From a virus (Duplodnaviria; Caudoviricetes), in the IMG/VR virus record IMGVR_UViG_3300002307_000135, positions 1 through 34,700 of that record: 34,700 bases of DNA; one strand, 5' to 3'. The translations under genes were made by a program, and so were the position numbers. The notes beneath the pieces were generated by a model that ran no database searches, was not told the origin of the DNA, and saw nothing but the letters and a program-made list of their open reading frames with translations. This document shows positions 34,264-34,700 of this stretch, piece by piece; the first letter of the stretch is position 1, and the number at the start of each line of letters is the position of its first letter.

Positions 34264-34543
34264 AGTGTCCGAGATTACCGCAGCTGGACAAAAACCCCGA
34301 CACAAATTTAGCGTTACAAATCAACGACTTAGCTAACCCCCGTCCTCCCTATATATATATATATCTAATTAAAAGAGTTTTATATATATGTCCCCATAAG
34401 TTGGACGAACTTTGTTTGCTTTACTTTGGGTGCTTTTCATTCCCAAAACAGACAGATACCCCGACACAAACAACCTAAGCCCTTGATTCATAACGCAAAA
34501 ACAATGTCGCCGTTTTTGTCCCGATGCGGAAACCTCGGACACT
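34264..34543. other. Putative replication origin (or packaging site): 69-bp imperfect inverted repeat around an AT-rich (TA)n core
   Basis: Arms 34264-34332 and 34475-34543 align ungapped at 54/69. Each contains an IHF consensus WATCAANNNNTTR and repeated GGACA/CGACA pentamers. Confidence 0.65.
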
Positions 34544-34623
34544 TTTGTATAATCTCGGACAGTTTTTGTCTAACCGCGGTAACTTTCTTTGTATAATCTC
34601 GGAACCCCCAACCAAGGAAACCA

Positions 34624-34700
34624 ATGGCTTACCTCTACCCACACCTCATGAAGCTCACCGCAAACGAGCTGCACAACCACCTAAGCAAGCGCAAGCTACC
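34624..34700 (+). CDS. Hypothetical protein, 5' part only
   Basis: AAGGA RBS; MAYLYPHLMKLTANELHNHLSKRKL... open to the window edge; two TATAAT boxes upstream (in TTTGTATAATCTCGGA repeats). Confidence 0.6.
   Translation, partial: MAYLYPHLMKLTANELHNHLSKRKL

Overview
The whole window is a tailed dsDNA phage genome segment (podovirus-like organisation; no integrase seen, host unknown). A long minus-strand late operon runs from about 32.9 kb to the left edge. It encodes, in order: a putative small terminase, large terminase, portal, GroES-like co-chaperonin, scaffold, capsid cement and a Mu-gpT-like major capsid protein. These are followed by small basic proteins, head-tail adaptors, tail/fibre proteins, four RCC1-repeat beta-propeller proteins, a lysis pair (holin plus GH24 lysozyme), a nozzle-like protein and a truncated Pro/Ser-rich internal virion protein that the ORF track misses. 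The right end holds small plus-strand early genes, a repeated palindrome and an origin-like 69-bp inverted repeat. Four things stand out. (1) An apparently self-contained sulfation module (APS-kinase/HxGH-nucleotidyltransferase fusion plus sulfotransferase-TPR-glycosyltransferase fusion) is interleaved with a duplicated pair of RCC1 fibre genes. (2) An island after the capsid gene carries three interlocking RNA hairpins, a non-canonical initiator tRNA, a very acidic protein and an HNH nuclease. (3) A kissing-loop leader RNA precedes a structural gene. (4) A promoter-to-terminator antisense sRNA covers the ribosome-binding site of an unannotated uORF that overlaps the terminase start. All protein functions are from motif recognition by eye; no database searches were run.
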